A DNA stretch of 64,000 bases from Alphaproteobacteria bacterium (GTDB lineage: Bacteria; Pseudomonadota; Alphaproteobacteria; Bin95): positions 1,024,001-1,088,000 of the forward strand of contig CAXXWS020000003.1 in assembly GCA_963665325.3 (NCBI GenBank), written 5' to 3'. Below are positions 19,688-30,825 of the stretch, one piece after another. Within the stretch, counting starts at the first letter, position 1; each line of letters begins with the position of its first letter. The notes under the pieces were generated by a model, which was not told the origin of the DNA, made no database searches, and saw nothing but the letters and a program-made list of their open reading frames with translations. Both the position numbers and the translations under genes were made by a program.

Positions 19688-20527
19688 TCAGCTTTCGAAG
19701 ACGACGAAGGCCCTGAGTTCGATGCTCTCGCGCGGCGGCGCGGCGGGGTCCTGGTCCGGCAGGGCGAAGGCGCCGTGCGGCGTGTAGCGGGCGCGGCCGT
19801 CGTCCAGGCTGTCCCAGCCCTTGATGAGCAGCACCTCGTCGCGCTCCATGCGCGGCGCCCAGTACCAGCGATGCGCCGGCGAGTAGGCAAGCTGGTAGAT
19901 TTCGCCCACCCGGTCGGGGAACACCTGGTCGGTGGCCAGAAGGTCCTCCTTCGGGATGCTGCCGGCATCGGCCAGCGCGAGCGGCGAGCGCTCGACCGGC
20001 CCCCGGATCGGCCGCCAGACATTGATCTGCACGATCCGCCCGCCGGCGCCGAGCACACGGTCCACCGTCTCGTCGCCGAGTTCGTCGCGGGCGCGTTTGG
20101 GACCGGAGTCGTCGGTATAGTCCACATGCACCCGGCTCGCCGGCATGCGCATACCGTCGGGATTGGTAGCGCCCGCGCCGGCATCCGAACGCCGCGTGCG
20201 GTCGAACACGACCGCGATGTCTGCGCCCGTCAGACGTTTCAGGAAGTCCTCGACCTCGCGGTCATAGACATCGCCGACCGCCTTGTCGTCATACAGGTCG
20301 TCCACCGCCGTCTCGTGGCGGTGCAGTTCGAAGCCCGTCGCATCCAGCGAGAGCCGGGCCGCATCGGCGCGCATGTCGTGGATCGACACCGGGCGCTCCT
20401 CGGTCCTGAAGTGGACTTTGGGCACCCCGCCGGTGATCCGCGAACTCTCGAACCACGGCTTGGTGTCCTGGCGGACCGTGAAGGTGAGGTCTGCAACGAC
20501 CCGGGTCGGGCTGTGGGCGTCCGGCAT
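19688..20527 (-). CDS. CmcJ/NvfI-like oxidoreductase (probable Fe/2OG enzyme)
   Basis: HVDYT, INVWRPI, PLALADA, PHGAF, RESIELR. Confidence 0.8.
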   Translation of the reverse strand: MPDAHSPTRVVADLTFTVRQDTKPWFESSRITGGVPKVHFRTEERPVSIHDMRADAARLSLDATGFELHRHETAVDDLYDDKAVGDVYDREVEDFLKRLTGADIAVVFDRTRRSDAGAGATNPDGMRMPASRVHVDYTDDSGPKRARDELGDETVDRVLGAGGRIVQINVWRPIRGPVERSPLALADAGSIPKEDLLATDQVFPDRVGEIYQLAYSPAHRWYWAPRMERDEVLLIKGWDSLDDGRARYTPHGAFALPDQDPAAPPRESIELRAFVVFES

Positions 20528-20641
20528 GGCGGCACCGAGGCTCCTTTACGTCTTTCGCTCGAGGGGCGACATTCGCCGGATTAGGTGGAACGAAACCGGC
20601 GGGCGGTCAAGGGCGCGGGCCGGAAGGGGGAAGGAGCTTCC

Positions 20642-21370
20642 ATGCGACTCGAAGGCAAGACGGTTCTGGTAACGGCGGCGGGACAGGGCATCGGCCGCGC
20701 CATCGCGCTGGCGGCGGCGACGGAAGGCGCGCGGGTGGTCGCGACCGACATCGCCGCGGATAAGCTGGCGGATCTGGGCGGCGGCATCGAAACGCACCGG
20801 CTCGATGTGACCGACGGCGCGGCGATAACGGCATTCGCAGGGGCGCTCGGGCAGGTGGACGCGCTTTGCAATGTCGCGGGCTTCGTCCATCACGGCACGA
20901 TCCTGGAAGCGACGGAAGCCGAACTCGATTCCGCCTTCGACCTCAATGTAAAGTCGATGTTCCGCACCATCCGGGCCTTCCTGCCCGACATGATGGCGGC
21001 GGGCCGGGGCTCCATCGTCAACATGGCCTCGGTCGCGTCCAACCTGAAAGGCGTGCCCTATCGCGCGGTCTATTCCACCACCAAGGCGGCGGTGATCGGG
21101 CTGACGCGGGCGGTGGCGGCGGATGCCATCTCGACGGGCGTGCGCTGCAATGCAATCGCGCCCGGCACCGTGCAGTCGCCCTCGCTGGACGAGCGCATCG
21201 CGGCCTTCGACGACCCCGTGCAGGCGCGCAGGGACTTTATCGCCCGCCAGCCGCTCGGCCGCCTCGGCACGGCGGAGGAGATCGCGGCGCTCGCCGTCCA
21301 CCTCGCCGCCGACGAAAGCGCCTACACCACCGGCGCCGTCTTCATCGCCGACGGCGGGATCACGCTGTAG
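20642..21370 (+). CDS. Short-chain dehydrogenase (BDH2 / 2-keto-3-deoxy sugar acid dehydrogenase-like)
   Basis: TAAGQGIG, YSTTK, PGTVQSPSL; AAGGAG RBS. Confidence 0.9.
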   Translation: MRLEGKTVLVTAAGQGIGRAIALAAATEGARVVATDIAADKLADLGGGIETHRLDVTDGAAITAFAGALGQVDALCNVAGFVHHGTILEATEAELDSAFDLNVKSMFRTIRAFLPDMMAAGRGSIVNMASVASNLKGVPYRAVYSTTKAAVIGLTRAVAADAISTGVRCNAIAPGTVQSPSLDERIAAFDDPVQARRDFIARQPLGRLGTAEEIAALAVHLAADESAYTTGAVFIADGGITL

Positions 21371-21508
21371 GGCAGCGTTTCGCATCGCATGCCCCGTCTG
21401 CTCCGGTGCTGGACTCGGTTCCGGCCGTTACCTACTGTGAATGGCGGCCTGAGCGATGGAGCAAGGGAGCGCTTCGGCGGTCGCCGCTTTACTACGGGAG
21501 GAAGAGAA

Positions 21509-22507
21509 ATGTCTGTGTTCAAGTCACTGACGCTGGGCTGCGCGGCGGTCGCGGCGTCGTTCCTGACGACCGCCGTGATGGCGCCAGCCGGCGCAACGAC
21601 GCTGATCGGCGCGGTGCAGTTCGACGAGAGCCACGCCTTCACCAAGGCGCTGCGCAAATTCGAGCAAGAAGCGTCCGCCTGCTCGAACGGCTCGCTGGAA
21701 TTCGATCTGCACCTGAACTCGGAGCTCGGTCTCGAGAAGGACTATTTCGAGAATATGAGCCAAGGCATCGCGGTAGATTACGCCATCGTCGCGCCGTCGC
21801 ACATGTCGACCTTCAGCGCCAAGGCGCCGCTGATGGATATGCCGTTCCTGTTCCGCGATCTCGACCACTGGAACAAGGTGATGGAGGCCGACGCGCTGGC
21901 GCCATTGGCCGGTGATGTGCTCGAGACGGCAAGTGTGCGGCTGATCGGCTATGCCGGCGGCGGCACCCGGCAGTTGATCGTGAACCGCCCGGTCACGAAC
22001 ATGTCCGAACTCAAGGGCCTGCCGATGCGCGTGATGGGCGCGCCGATCCAGACTCGAATCTTCGAGGCGATCAACGCGCATCCCTCGGTAATCGCCTATG
22101 CCGAGGTCTATAACGCCATCCAGACCGGCGTGATCGACGGCGCCGAGAACGAAGCCGCCGGCATCGAGCAGATGAAGTTCTACGAAGTCGGGCCGCATAT
22201 CTCGCTGACCGCGCACGCGATCACCGTGCGTCCGCTCGCCTTCTCCGATGCGACCTTCCAGCGGCTGAGCGCCGATGAGCAGGCTTGCGTGCTCAAGGCT
22301 GGCAAGATCGCCGGCAAGTATGGCCGCGACATCGAATCGAGCCAGGACAGCGCCAAACTGAAGGCTATGGAGGACGCCGGGCTGCTGAAGACCCATGTCT
22401 TCGCCGAACGCGACATGCTGCTGGAGCTTGCCGGTCCGGTGAAGCGCGCCTATGCCGAGGAACTGGGGGCGGTCGACGTGCTCGAGGCCATCGAGGCAGT
22501 CCAGTAA
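21509..22507 (+). CDS. TRAP transporter substrate-binding protein (DctP family)
   Basis: Signal peptide; LKGLPMRV and EVYNAIQTGVIDGAEN. Confidence 0.92.
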   Translation: MSVFKSLTLGCAAVAASFLTTAVMAPAGATTLIGAVQFDESHAFTKALRKFEQEASACSNGSLEFDLHLNSELGLEKDYFENMSQGIAVDYAIVAPSHMSTFSAKAPLMDMPFLFRDLDHWNKVMEADALAPLAGDVLETASVRLIGYAGGGTRQLIVNRPVTNMSELKGLPMRVMGAPIQTRIFEAINAHPSVIAYAEVYNAIQTGVIDGAENEAAGIEQMKFYEVGPHISLTAHAITVRPLAFSDATFQRLSADEQACVLKAGKIAGKYGRDIESSQDSAKLKAMEDAGLLKTHVFAERDMLLELAGPVKRAYAEELGAVDVLEAIEAVQ

Positions 22508-22584
22508 CGTCGAGCCGAACGGCGGGGCCGTCCGGCCCCGCCTGTCGGACCCTCCCGACCTGCACCTGAACCCGGGAGGTGCGT

Positions 22585-23079
22585 ATGCGCAAATTCCTGG
22601 GCGCTTACTACCGTCTGCTCAGGATTCTGCTGACCGTGCTGATGGCCGTGCTGATCGTGCCGGTCGCGATGCAGATCCTTAGCCGCTACACCGGCATCAT
22701 CCCGCGCTTCATCTGGACCGAGGAGATCGCGCGCTTCTGCTTTGTCTGGATCATCCTGATCGGCGCGATGATCGCGGTGCGCGACGGCACCCATTTCGAT
22801 GTCGATATCCTGCCGCACAGCTCCAACCCGCTGGTCGAGCTGATCATGAAGCTGATCGGCCATACGGCGGTATTCGCCGTCGCCCTGACCTTCATGATCT
22901 ACGGTTACGATTTCGCCATTCTCGGTTCGCGCCAGCACTCGGAAATCGCCGGTCTGCCCATGCTCTCGATCTACATCGCCTGGCCGATCGCCGGCGTGAC
23001 CTGGGCGATGTTCCTGATCGAGAGGATCTGGGACCTCATTCGCGACTACCGCGCCGGGAGCGCCCATGGCGCCGGGTGA
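22585..23079 (+). CDS. TRAP small permease (DctQ family)
   Basis: 4 TM helices; WTEEIARF; GGAGG RBS. Confidence 0.9.
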   Translation: MRKFLGAYYRLLRILLTVLMAVLIVPVAMQILSRYTGIIPRFIWTEEIARFCFVWIILIGAMIAVRDGTHFDVDILPHSSNPLVELIMKLIGHTAVFAVALTFMIYGYDFAILGSRQHSEIAGLPMLSIYIAWPIAGVTWAMFLIERIWDLIRDYRAGSAHGAG

Positions 23080-24370
23080 AGTTGCCGCCATCCTGTTCGG
23101 CGTCTTTGCTGTCCTGGTGATCCTGCGCGTGCCGGTGGCATTCGCGCTGGGGCTCGCGGTCGTGCCGGTCTTCTTCATCGAGGAACGGCTGACCCCGGTG
23201 CTGCTCTTGCGCGAGATGTTCAAGAGCTACAACGCTTTCGTTCTCCTGGCGGTGCCGTTCTTCCTGCTGGCGGCCAACCTGATGAACGCGGCCGGCATCA
23301 CCGACCGGCTGATCCGGCTGGCGCGCGCCATGGTCGGGCATCTGCCGGGCGGGCTCGGCCATGTCAATGTCGTGGTCTCGATGCTCTTTGCCGGCATATC
23401 GGGGTCGTCGACGGCGGATGCGGCGGGGATCGGCTCGCTCTTGATCCCGCAGATGAAGAAGCAGGGCTATGACGCACCCTTCGCGGTGGCGATTACGGCA
23501 TGCTCCTCCGTAATGGGCGTCATCATTCCGCCCTCGATTCTCATGGTCGTCTGGGGCGGGCTGATGTCGGTCTCGATCGGCGGGCTGTTCCTGGCGGGCG
23601 TCGTGCCGGGAGTGCTGATTGCAGGCTCCCAGATGCTGACGGTCTATATCTACGCCAGGCGCCGGGGCTACCCGGTTTACGCCCGTTCCACCCTCATCGA
23701 GCTTATGGTGGCTGCGGGAAGCGCGTCGCTGGCGCTGATGACGCCCCTGATTATCGTCGGCGGAATTGTCGGCGGTTTCTTCACGCCGACCGAGGCCTCC
23801 GTGGTGGCGGTGGTCTATTCGCTGATCCTCGGCACCGTAATTTACCGCTCGGTCGCGCTGCCGGCGCTGCCGGGCATTCTCTATGACAGCGCCCGGTTCG
23901 CTGCGATCTCGCTGTTCTGCATCGGCACCGCCTCGGCATTCGGCTGGTGCCTGGCGTTTTTCAAGATCCCGGCCGCACTTGTCGGTCAGATCGAGGCGAT
24001 GGGGCTCGGGCTGATCGGCACCGGCGTGATGTGCGCGCTTGCTTTCCTGATCATCGGTATGTTCATCGATGCGATCCCGGCGATCATCATCCTGGGCACG
24101 GTGCTGTTCCCGGTGACCCAGCATGTCGGCATGCACCCGATCCACTTCGCGATCATCGGCGTCATCAGCCTGGCCTTCGGGCTCGTCACCCCGCCCTACG
24201 GGCTCTGCCTGCTGATCGCCGCCTCCATCGGGCGGATCCGGGTGATCGATGCGCTCAGGGACGTCGCGATCATCCTGTTACCCATGATCTTCGTGCTCGG
24301 TATCGTGATCGCCCTTCCCGATGCGATCCTGTCCTTGCCGCGCTGGGTTATGCCGAGATTCATCAATTGA
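23066..24370 (+). CDS. TRAP large permease (DctM family)
   Basis: LAVPFF, GISGSSTAD, IIPPSI, FTPTEA, VTPPYG. Confidence 0.93.
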   Translation: MAPGEVAAILFGVFAVLVILRVPVAFALGLAVVPVFFIEERLTPVLLLREMFKSYNAFVLLAVPFFLLAANLMNAAGITDRLIRLARAMVGHLPGGLGHVNVVVSMLFAGISGSSTADAAGIGSLLIPQMKKQGYDAPFAVAITACSSVMGVIIPPSILMVVWGGLMSVSIGGLFLAGVVPGVLIAGSQMLTVYIYARRRGYPVYARSTLIELMVAAGSASLALMTPLIIVGGIVGGFFTPTEASVVAVVYSLILGTVIYRSVALPALPGILYDSARFAAISLFCIGTASAFGWCLAFFKIPAALVGQIEAMGLGLIGTGVMCALAFLIIGMFIDAIPAIIILGTVLFPVTQHVGMHPIHFAIIGVISLAFGLVTPPYGLCLLIAASIGRIRVIDALRDVAIILLPMIFVLGIVIALPDAILSLPRWVMPRFIN

Positions 24371-24395
24371 TACGCCACTGAGCAGGGAGCAGATC

Positions 24396-25265
24396 ATGGA
24401 ACGCTACAAGATCGAGCCCCTCGCGGACGGATTCGGGGCCGAGGTCACCGGCCTCGACCTCGCCGCCGAGACCGGCGCGGACGAGATGGCTGCGCTGCGT
24501 CGGCGGTTTCACGACAGCCAGCTCATGGTGATCCGCAACCAGAAAATCGAACCTCGGCGCTTCCTGTGGTTCGCCCGCCATTTCGGACGCCCGCAACCGC
24601 ATATCGCCGCTCACCTGCGCCACAAGGAGGTGCCCGAGATTCTGCGGCTTTCCAACATCTTCGTCGATGACAAGCCGACCGGGATCTTCGACGGCGCCGC
24701 GTTCTGGCATCAGGACATGGCTTATGAGGATGTGGCTTCCAACGCCACGATTGTCCACGCGATCGAGGTGCCGGACCGGGGCGGCGAGACGCTGTTCGCC
24801 GATATGCGGGCGGCCTATGACGCACTTGAGCCCGGGATACGCAAACGCATTGCGGGCTTGGTCGCGTGCCATCGCTACGGCAACCGCGCCGACGAGGACT
24901 ACAACACCCGCACCAAGGCCATGGAATTGACAGCGGAGGAGTAAGAGCAGGTGCGTGACGTTTTTCACCCGCTGGTGCTCACGCATCCGGTTACCGGTCG
25001 TCCCGCACTCTACGGCGCCGCTTCCACGTCGCGGGGTATTCGGGGCCTGGAGGATGCCGAGGCGCGCGCGCTGCTCGATGCGCTCGCCGAACATGCGTCG
25101 CAGGACCGCTTCGTGCACGCCCATCGTTACCGGCCCGGCGATATCGTGCTCTGGGACAATTTCTCACTGATGCATAAAGCCACGCTGATCGACCGCGCGA
25201 GCGGGTCGGGGACGCAGCGCTACCTGCACCGGATCAGTACCAAGGACTTACCGGCGACAGCCTGA
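24396..25265 (+). pseudogene. TauD/TfdA-family dioxygenase with in-frame TAA at 24942-24944
   Basis: WHQD and GGETLFAD upstream of the stop; HPLVLTHPVTGR and WDNFSLMH...R continue in the same frame after it. Confidence 0.85.
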
Positions 25266-25322
25266 TATTCGGGGCTGGCGTTTCAAGCCCCAGTGAGCGT
25301 CTTCGGCCTTGCGAGTCGCGCC

Positions 25323-26699
25323 CTACAGGTCGCCGTCTGCCTTCATCATGTCGAGGGCGCTGGCGAAGGCTTCCACGGTGGCGTCGATCTCGGCTTCGCC
25401 GTGGGTGGCGGAGATGGTACCGCCGGGCCAGCCGGTGAAATCGACGCCATGCACATTCATCGCGAGGCGCAGCTTGTGCGCCGCGCCCGGCGCATTGCCG
25501 CGGAGCTCCTCGTAGCCACAGGCGAACGGATCGAACGTGTCCGGCGAGACATCCGCCCGCCCGGTGGGGTTGGTGAAGATATGGAAGACCGAGAAGGTGC
25601 CGTAGGCCGCCCACGGAACGCCGGCGGCCCGGATGGCGTCGTTCAGGCCCGCGCGCAGGCGCTCGCCCGTCGCATTGGCGCGCTCGCAGGCGCCGGTCGC
25701 ATCCAGCTTCGTCAGCGCCGCAAGGCCGGCGGCCGCGGCCACCGGATTGGCGTTGTAGGTGCCCTGGTGGCCCACCTTCTCGATGCCCTTCTCGCGGGTG
25801 AGATCGAAATCGAGCCGCTCGAAGAAGTCGGCCCGCCCGACGACCGCCCCGCCCGGCAGGCCGCCCGAGACGATCTTGGCAAAGGCAGTGAGGTCCGGGC
25901 GGATGCCGTAATGGCCTTGCGCGCCGCCGGGGGACACGCGGAAGCCGGTCACCACCTCGTCGAAGATGAGCGCCGTGCCGTTCGCGGCGGTCGCCTCGCG
26001 CAGTCCTTCGAGGAAGGCCGGAGAGGTCGGCACCATGCCGGTAGAGGAGCCGGTCGGCTCCAGGATGGCGGCGGCAATATCTCCGGCGGCGAGCGCCGCC
26101 CGCGCGCCGTCCAGATCCTCCGGATCGACCAGCACCGTGCTCTCGGCAATGCCGGGCACGAGCCCGACGGCCGAGGAGCCGTCGAAATGCGAGTTCTGGC
26201 CGGACGCCATATGGTCGTGCCAGCCGTGAAAGTGGGTGCGCACCCGCAGGATCTTCGCGCGCCCCGACAAGGTCCGCGCAAGGCGAAGCGCGAGCAGCGT
26301 CGCTTCCGTGCCGGAGGAGGTGAAGCGCACTTTCTCCGCCGAGGGAACCAACGACTGGATCTTCTGCGCCCAGCGCAACTCGCCTGTATGGCTCGCGCCG
26401 AAATGCGTGCCGCAGGCGAGCGCGTCGGCGACCGCCGCCACTACATCCGGGTCGTTGTGGCCGAGCAGCAGCGCGCCGTGCCCGCCGAAATAATCGATGT
26501 ATTCATTGCCATCGACATCCCATTTGCGCGGGCCCTGGGCGCGCTCGACATAGATGCCGTAGGGCTCCAGCCGGCGGCTGTCATGGGTGATGCCGGAGGG
26601 AAATGTGCGGCAGGCCTCGTCGAACAGCTTGGCGCTGGTCGGCGTCTTTTGCCTGTAGGCGGCCAGGATGCCGGAATTGCTGAGCGGGGCGTCGGGCAT
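25323..26699 (-). CDS. Class III PLP aminotransferase (GSA aminomutase-like)
   Basis: WDVDGNEYIDY, SGTEA, FDEVVTGFR, FAKIVSGG, GTYNANP. Confidence 0.92.
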   Translation of the reverse strand: MPDAPLSNSGILAAYRQKTPTSAKLFDEACRTFPSGITHDSRRLEPYGIYVERAQGPRKWDVDGNEYIDYFGGHGALLLGHNDPDVVAAVADALACGTHFGASHTGELRWAQKIQSLVPSAEKVRFTSSGTEATLLALRLARTLSGRAKILRVRTHFHGWHDHMASGQNSHFDGSSAVGLVPGIAESTVLVDPEDLDGARAALAAGDIAAAILEPTGSSTGMVPTSPAFLEGLREATAANGTALIFDEVVTGFRVSPGGAQGHYGIRPDLTAFAKIVSGGLPGGAVVGRADFFERLDFDLTREKGIEKVGHQGTYNANPVAAAAGLAALTKLDATGACERANATGERLRAGLNDAIRAAGVPWAAYGTFSVFHIFTNPTGRADVSPDTFDPFACGYEELRGNAPGAAHKLRLAMNVHGVDFTGWPGGTISATHGEAEIDATVEAFASALDMMKADGDL

Positions 26700-26704
26700 G
26701 GCAG

Positions 26705-27745
26705 TCACACTCCGTCGAGTTTGTAGAAGCGCCGCGCAGTGCCGGCGAACAGGTCGGCCTTTTCGCCGTCGGACGCGGCGGCGGCAAGTTTCTTGAAGGC
26801 ATTCCACATTACAGCATAGCTGCAGGACGCCTTGTCCACGGGGAAATTGCTCTCGAACATGCAGCGCGAGGGGCCGAACGCCTCGATGCAGGTGTCGATA
26901 TAGGGCTTCCACACGGCGGCGAGCGTGTCGGAGTCGGGCGCCCGGTCCTGCTTGTGGAAGTCGAACCCGTAGACCTTCATGCCGAGGCCGCCGAGCTTGA
27001 CATGGACGTTTTCGCATGCCGCGATGGCCCGGATGCCGGCCTGCCAGCCGGGGAAAATCTCATCGTGCCGCCCGGCATAGGGGCCGATGCCGAGCGGTCC
27101 GCCGACATGGTTCAGCACAATCCGGGCGTTCGGGAAGGCGCTCGCCAGACCGACGACATCCTCAAGCTGCGTGTGGTAGAGCCACGCCTCGAAGGTGAGG
27201 TCCAGCGCAGCGAGCCTGGCGAAGCCCTCGCGGAAGGCTGCATCGCGGAAGAGCCCCGGCGGCGGGTTGGTGTGGCTGTTGCGCACATCCGGGCTCGGGT
27301 CGTATCCGGCCGCGTGGCGGATGCCGCGGAAGCGCCCGTTGCCGGCGGCGATCTCGGCCTGCAGCACGTCTTCGGCCGCGGCGCCCAGGGTGAGGTCGGC
27401 GAAGCCGACGATGCCGGCGCAGGCCGCCGTTTCTCCATAGCGTCCGGACGCGCTCATCGCGGCCGTCCCGTTGACGAACTCGACCTCTCCTACCGGCGCT
27501 TCGGCCTCGGGGCCTCCGCCCCGGTACATCGCACCGCATTCGATGAAGACCGTCGCGCGGACATTGTGGCCGCTGCCGGTGTCTTCCAGCAGCTCGTGCA
27601 GCAGGTAGCGATGGAAGGGAAAATCCCACAGATGATGGTGCGGATCGACGATCGGCAGGTCCGGCTCCAGAATCTCTTCCTCTGTCGTGGCGAGCCAGGC
27701 GTCGTCAATGGCGGTCATCCGCGACTCGACGGAGTTTGCAGTCAT
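26705..27745 (-). CDS. Amidohydrolase-2 family protein (lactonase-like)
   Basis: DPHHHLWD, FRGIRH, MFESNFPVD; ATGA overlap with the upstream gene. Confidence 0.9.
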   Translation of the reverse strand: MTANSVESRMTAIDDAWLATTEEEILEPDLPIVDPHHHLWDFPFHRYLLHELLEDTGSGHNVRATVFIECGAMYRGGGPEAEAPVGEVEFVNGTAAMSASGRYGETAACAGIVGFADLTLGAAAEDVLQAEIAAGNGRFRGIRHAAGYDPSPDVRNSHTNPPPGLFRDAAFREGFARLAALDLTFEAWLYHTQLEDVVGLASAFPNARIVLNHVGGPLGIGPYAGRHDEIFPGWQAGIRAIAACENVHVKLGGLGMKVYGFDFHKQDRAPDSDTLAAVWKPYIDTCIEAFGPSRCMFESNFPVDKASCSYAVMWNAFKKLAAAASDGEKADLFAGTARRFYKLDGV

Positions 27746-28707
27746 TCCAGTCCGATCTCCTCTCTCACCCCCGGCTCCAGCGCCGCATGGAGCTTGACCA
27801 GCCGATCGTAGCACTTGGCCTGGTAGCGGAAATGCGGCTGACGGAAGCGGCGCCCCCCCAGCATGACATCGACATCGCCGGCCGCATTGGCCTTCAGGAA
27901 CGGCCAGTAGACCTCGCGCGCCATCTCCAGCAGCGCGGCGACGGCGGGGCCCGGCTCCTCCCACTCGCCGTCCACGCCGGAAAGGTCGTCCGCACGGCGC
28001 ACCCAGGCGTCGGTGCGCGGCGCGCGGGCGCGCATGACGGCCATCGGCGTCGGATCGATGCCGAGCGTCTTCAACTGGCCGAACAGCGCGAGATCGGCGA
28101 CCGAGGGGCGCGTGCCGAACAGGAACCGCCCGTTGGCGACCGTCGTCTCGAGCGCGTCGAGGATGCGCAGATAACTCGCCTCGAAGAGCGGCGCCGCTTC
28201 CGGCGTGCAGCCGAGAAAGCCCATGCGCTCGACCTGCCGCTCCCGGAAAGGCCGGACGGCCGCGGCGAGTTCGCCGGCGTCGAGGTCGCTGCGGGCGTCG
28301 TCCATCACCCAGAGCGCGGCAAAGTCCGCATCCTCCGAGGCTCCGAAGCGATAGTGGAAGAGGCATTTGGACAGCCATTCGTCGGCCATATCCTCGATCA
28401 GCCAGGCGAGGAAGCGGTCGCGCGAGCGCTCGGGCAGCAGCGAGCGCCCGTCCTCATGCCGGCCTTCCAGCTCTTCCAGTATGGGTGTGCTGTCGGTCCT
28501 GAGCTCGCCGTTCGGGAATTCGAGCACCGGCGTCAATTGCGGGCGGACATGGGCGAGCGGCTCGTACATCTGCACGAAGCGGCAGACCCAGCGACAGGGC
28601 AGCCGGCGGTAGCGCAGCGCCGCCCGGAGCTTGACGGTGTAAGGCGACGCCTCCACGCCGTAGAGGATATAGGGACGCCCGCCCGGCTCGCCGTCCGTTC
28701 CGGTCAA
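27742..28707 (-). CDS. Glutathione S-transferase family protein
   Basis: [29 protein letters not shown]. Confidence 0.85.
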   Translation of the reverse strand: MTGTDGEPGGRPYILYGVEASPYTVKLRAALRYRRLPCRWVCRFVQMYEPLAHVRPQLTPVLEFPNGELRTDSTPILEELEGRHEDGRSLLPERSRDRFLAWLIEDMADEWLSKCLFHYRFGASEDADFAALWVMDDARSDLDAGELAAAVRPFRERQVERMGFLGCTPEAAPLFEASYLRILDALETTVANGRFLFGTRPSVADLALFGQLKTLGIDPTPMAVMRARAPRTDAWVRRADDLSGVDGEWEEPGPAVAALLEMAREVYWPFLKANAAGDVDVMLGGRRFRQPHFRYQAKCYDRLVKLHAALEPGVREEIGLE

Positions 28708-29495
28708 TGGGACAGAATCTGGCTAAGGAACAGCCTGGTCCGCTCCGATTGCGGATTGTTGAAGAAGGCTTCCGGCTCGTTCTGCTCCACGATCTGGCCT
28801 TCGTCCATGAATATGATGCGGTGCGCGACCTGACGGGCGAAGCCCATCTCGTGCGAGACGACCAACATGGTCATGCCGCTTTCGGCCAGATCGACCATGA
28901 CGTCGAGCACTTCCTTGATCATTTCCGGGTCGAGGGCCGAGGTCGGCTCGTCGAACAGCATGATGCGCGGCTGCATGCACAGCGAGCGCGCGATCGCCAC
29001 CCTCTGCTGCTGGCCGCCGGAGAGCTGCCCCGGATATTTCAGCGCCTGGTCGCCGATCTTCACCCGTTCCAGGTAGTAGCGCGCCCGTTCCTCGGCTTCC
29101 TTCTTCGGTTCGCGCCGGACCCAGATCGGCGCGAGCGTACAGTTCTCGATCACCGAGAGGTGGGGAAAGAGGTTGAATTGCTGGAAGCACATGCCGACTT
29201 CGGAGCGGATCCGGTCGATGTTCTTGAGGTCGGAAGACAGCTCCGTGCCCTCTACGAAAATCGTGCCCGTCTGGTGGTTCTCCAGCGCGTTGATGCAGCG
29301 GATGAGCGTGGACTTGCCGGACCCGGACGGCCCGCAAACGACGATACGCTCGCCGCGAAAGACGGAAAGATTGATGTCGCGAAGGACATGGAACTCGCCG
29401 AACCACTTGTTCATGCCGGCGATCTCGATGGCGCTCTCTCCCGATGCCGTCGTGGCGCGGCGTGCTTCGTCCTGTTCGGTTGCGGCATCGGTCAT
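28704..29495 (-). CDS. aapP: General L-amino acid ABC transporter ATPase (AapP/BztD)
   Basis: [28 protein letters not shown]. Confidence 0.92.
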   Translation of the reverse strand: MTDAATEQDEARRATTASGESAIEIAGMNKWFGEFHVLRDINLSVFRGERIVVCGPSGSGKSTLIRCINALENHQTGTIFVEGTELSSDLKNIDRIRSEVGMCFQQFNLFPHLSVIENCTLAPIWVRREPKKEAEERARYYLERVKIGDQALKYPGQLSGGQQQRVAIARSLCMQPRIMLFDEPTSALDPEMIKEVLDVMVDLAESGMTMLVVSHEMGFARQVAHRIIFMDEGQIVEQNEPEAFFNNPQSERTRLFLSQILSH

Positions 29496-29510
29496 GGGCC
29501 CGGCCCTTCC

Positions 29511-30824
29511 CTATCGGTGTCCGACATCGAGGTTGCGCTCCAGATACATCGAATAGCGCGACATGGCGAAACAGAAGATGAAGAAGAACAGCGCGATGAA
29601 GCCGTAAAGCTCCCACACGATGCCATTCCAGTTCTGGTCGGCGCGGATCGGCTGCAGCAGGCCCACCGGGTCCAGCAGCCCGATGATGATGACGAGGGTC
29701 GTGTCCTTGAACAGGCCGATGAAGGTGTTGACGATCCCCGGAATGGAAATCTTGAGAGCCTGCGGCAGGATGATGAGGCGCATCGACTTCCAGTAGTCCA
29801 GCCCGAGGGAATCGGCGGCCTCGTACTGCCCTCTGGGCAGCCCCGCGAGCCCGCCGCGGATGACCTCCGCCATGTAGGCTGAGGCAAAGGCGGTCACCAT
29901 GATGACCACGCGCAGGATCAGGTCGAATTCCGTGCCGGGCGGCAGGAAGTAGGAGAGCAGCAGCCAGGCGACGAACAGCAGCGTGATCAGCGGCACGCCG
30001 CGAATGAACTCGATGAACCCGACGCAAACCGCCTTGATGAGGATCAGGTTGGACTGCCGCCCGAGCGCGAGCACGATCCCGATGGGCAGCGAGCCCGCAA
30101 TGCCGGAGACACCGATGATGCTGGACAGCAGGAAACCGCCGAGCCTGGCGGACTCCACCGGCTCGAGGCCGATGGCCAGCACGGCGCTCAGCGCATCCTC
30201 GAAGGCGGTTACGCCGAACAGCCACCAGAGCGCCGTGGCGAGGATTCCCGTGCCGACGGCCGCCAGGGAAGCGATCCCTTCGTCCAGTCTTCCGCCCGCA
30301 AGCCGCGGCAGGAAGCGGACACAGGCCCAGCCGATGGCGGGACCGACGATGACGCCGACAGGTCCCCAGAGGGAGCCGCCCCAGATCAGCCAGTAAGCGA
30401 GAAGCGGATAGAGGGCGGTGAAGATGAGCAGCTTGCGCGGCGCGGAGCTGAACAGCGCGGGCCAGATCGCGACGAACAGCAGCACGAAGGTCACGACCGG
30501 CCGCCAGCGCAGATCGTCCGGATAGAACCCGAACACGAACTGCATGAAGCGTTCGTTGATGACGGCGAGACATGCGCCGTCGTCCACTTCCCGGCACCCC
30601 TGCAGCGAAGACGCGTTCCAGACCGAGTCCAGGAACAGCCAGGGCACGACCATGGCGAGGATATAGGCGACGAACGCGAGCGACAGCAGGGTCGCGACCG
30701 AATTGAAGATGCCCGAGAACAGGTTGTCCCGCGCCCATCCGAGTGCGCCGCCCGTCCTTACGGGCGGCGGCGATGGCGGGATTTGCCGCTCGGCAACGAA
30801 TGCGACGGGCCTTTCGCCGGCCAT
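29511..30824 (-). CDS. aapM: Amino acid ABC permease (AapM/BztC)
   Basis: IEFIRGVPLI, AYMAEVIRGG, LFKDTTLV. Confidence 0.9.
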   Translation of the reverse strand: MAGERPVAFVAERQIPPSPPPVRTGGALGWARDNLFSGIFNSVATLLSLAFVAYILAMVVPWLFLDSVWNASSLQGCREVDDGACLAVINERFMQFVFGFYPDDLRWRPVVTFVLLFVAIWPALFSSAPRKLLIFTALYPLLAYWLIWGGSLWGPVGVIVGPAIGWACVRFLPRLAGGRLDEGIASLAAVGTGILATALWWLFGVTAFEDALSAVLAIGLEPVESARLGGFLLSSIIGVSGIAGSLPIGIVLALGRQSNLILIKAVCVGFIEFIRGVPLITLLFVAWLLLSYFLPPGTEFDLILRVVIMVTAFASAYMAEVIRGGLAGLPRGQYEAADSLGLDYWKSMRLIILPQALKISIPGIVNTFIGLFKDTTLVIIIGLLDPVGLLQPIRADQNWNGIVWELYGFIALFFFIFCFAMSRYSMYLERNLDVGHR

Positions 30825-30825
30825 C

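Noticed and set aside
24942-24944. Programmed recoding (selenocysteine or pyrrolysine) in the TauD gene
   Set aside because: The codon is TAA at a non-catalytic position, and no recoding signal is evident.
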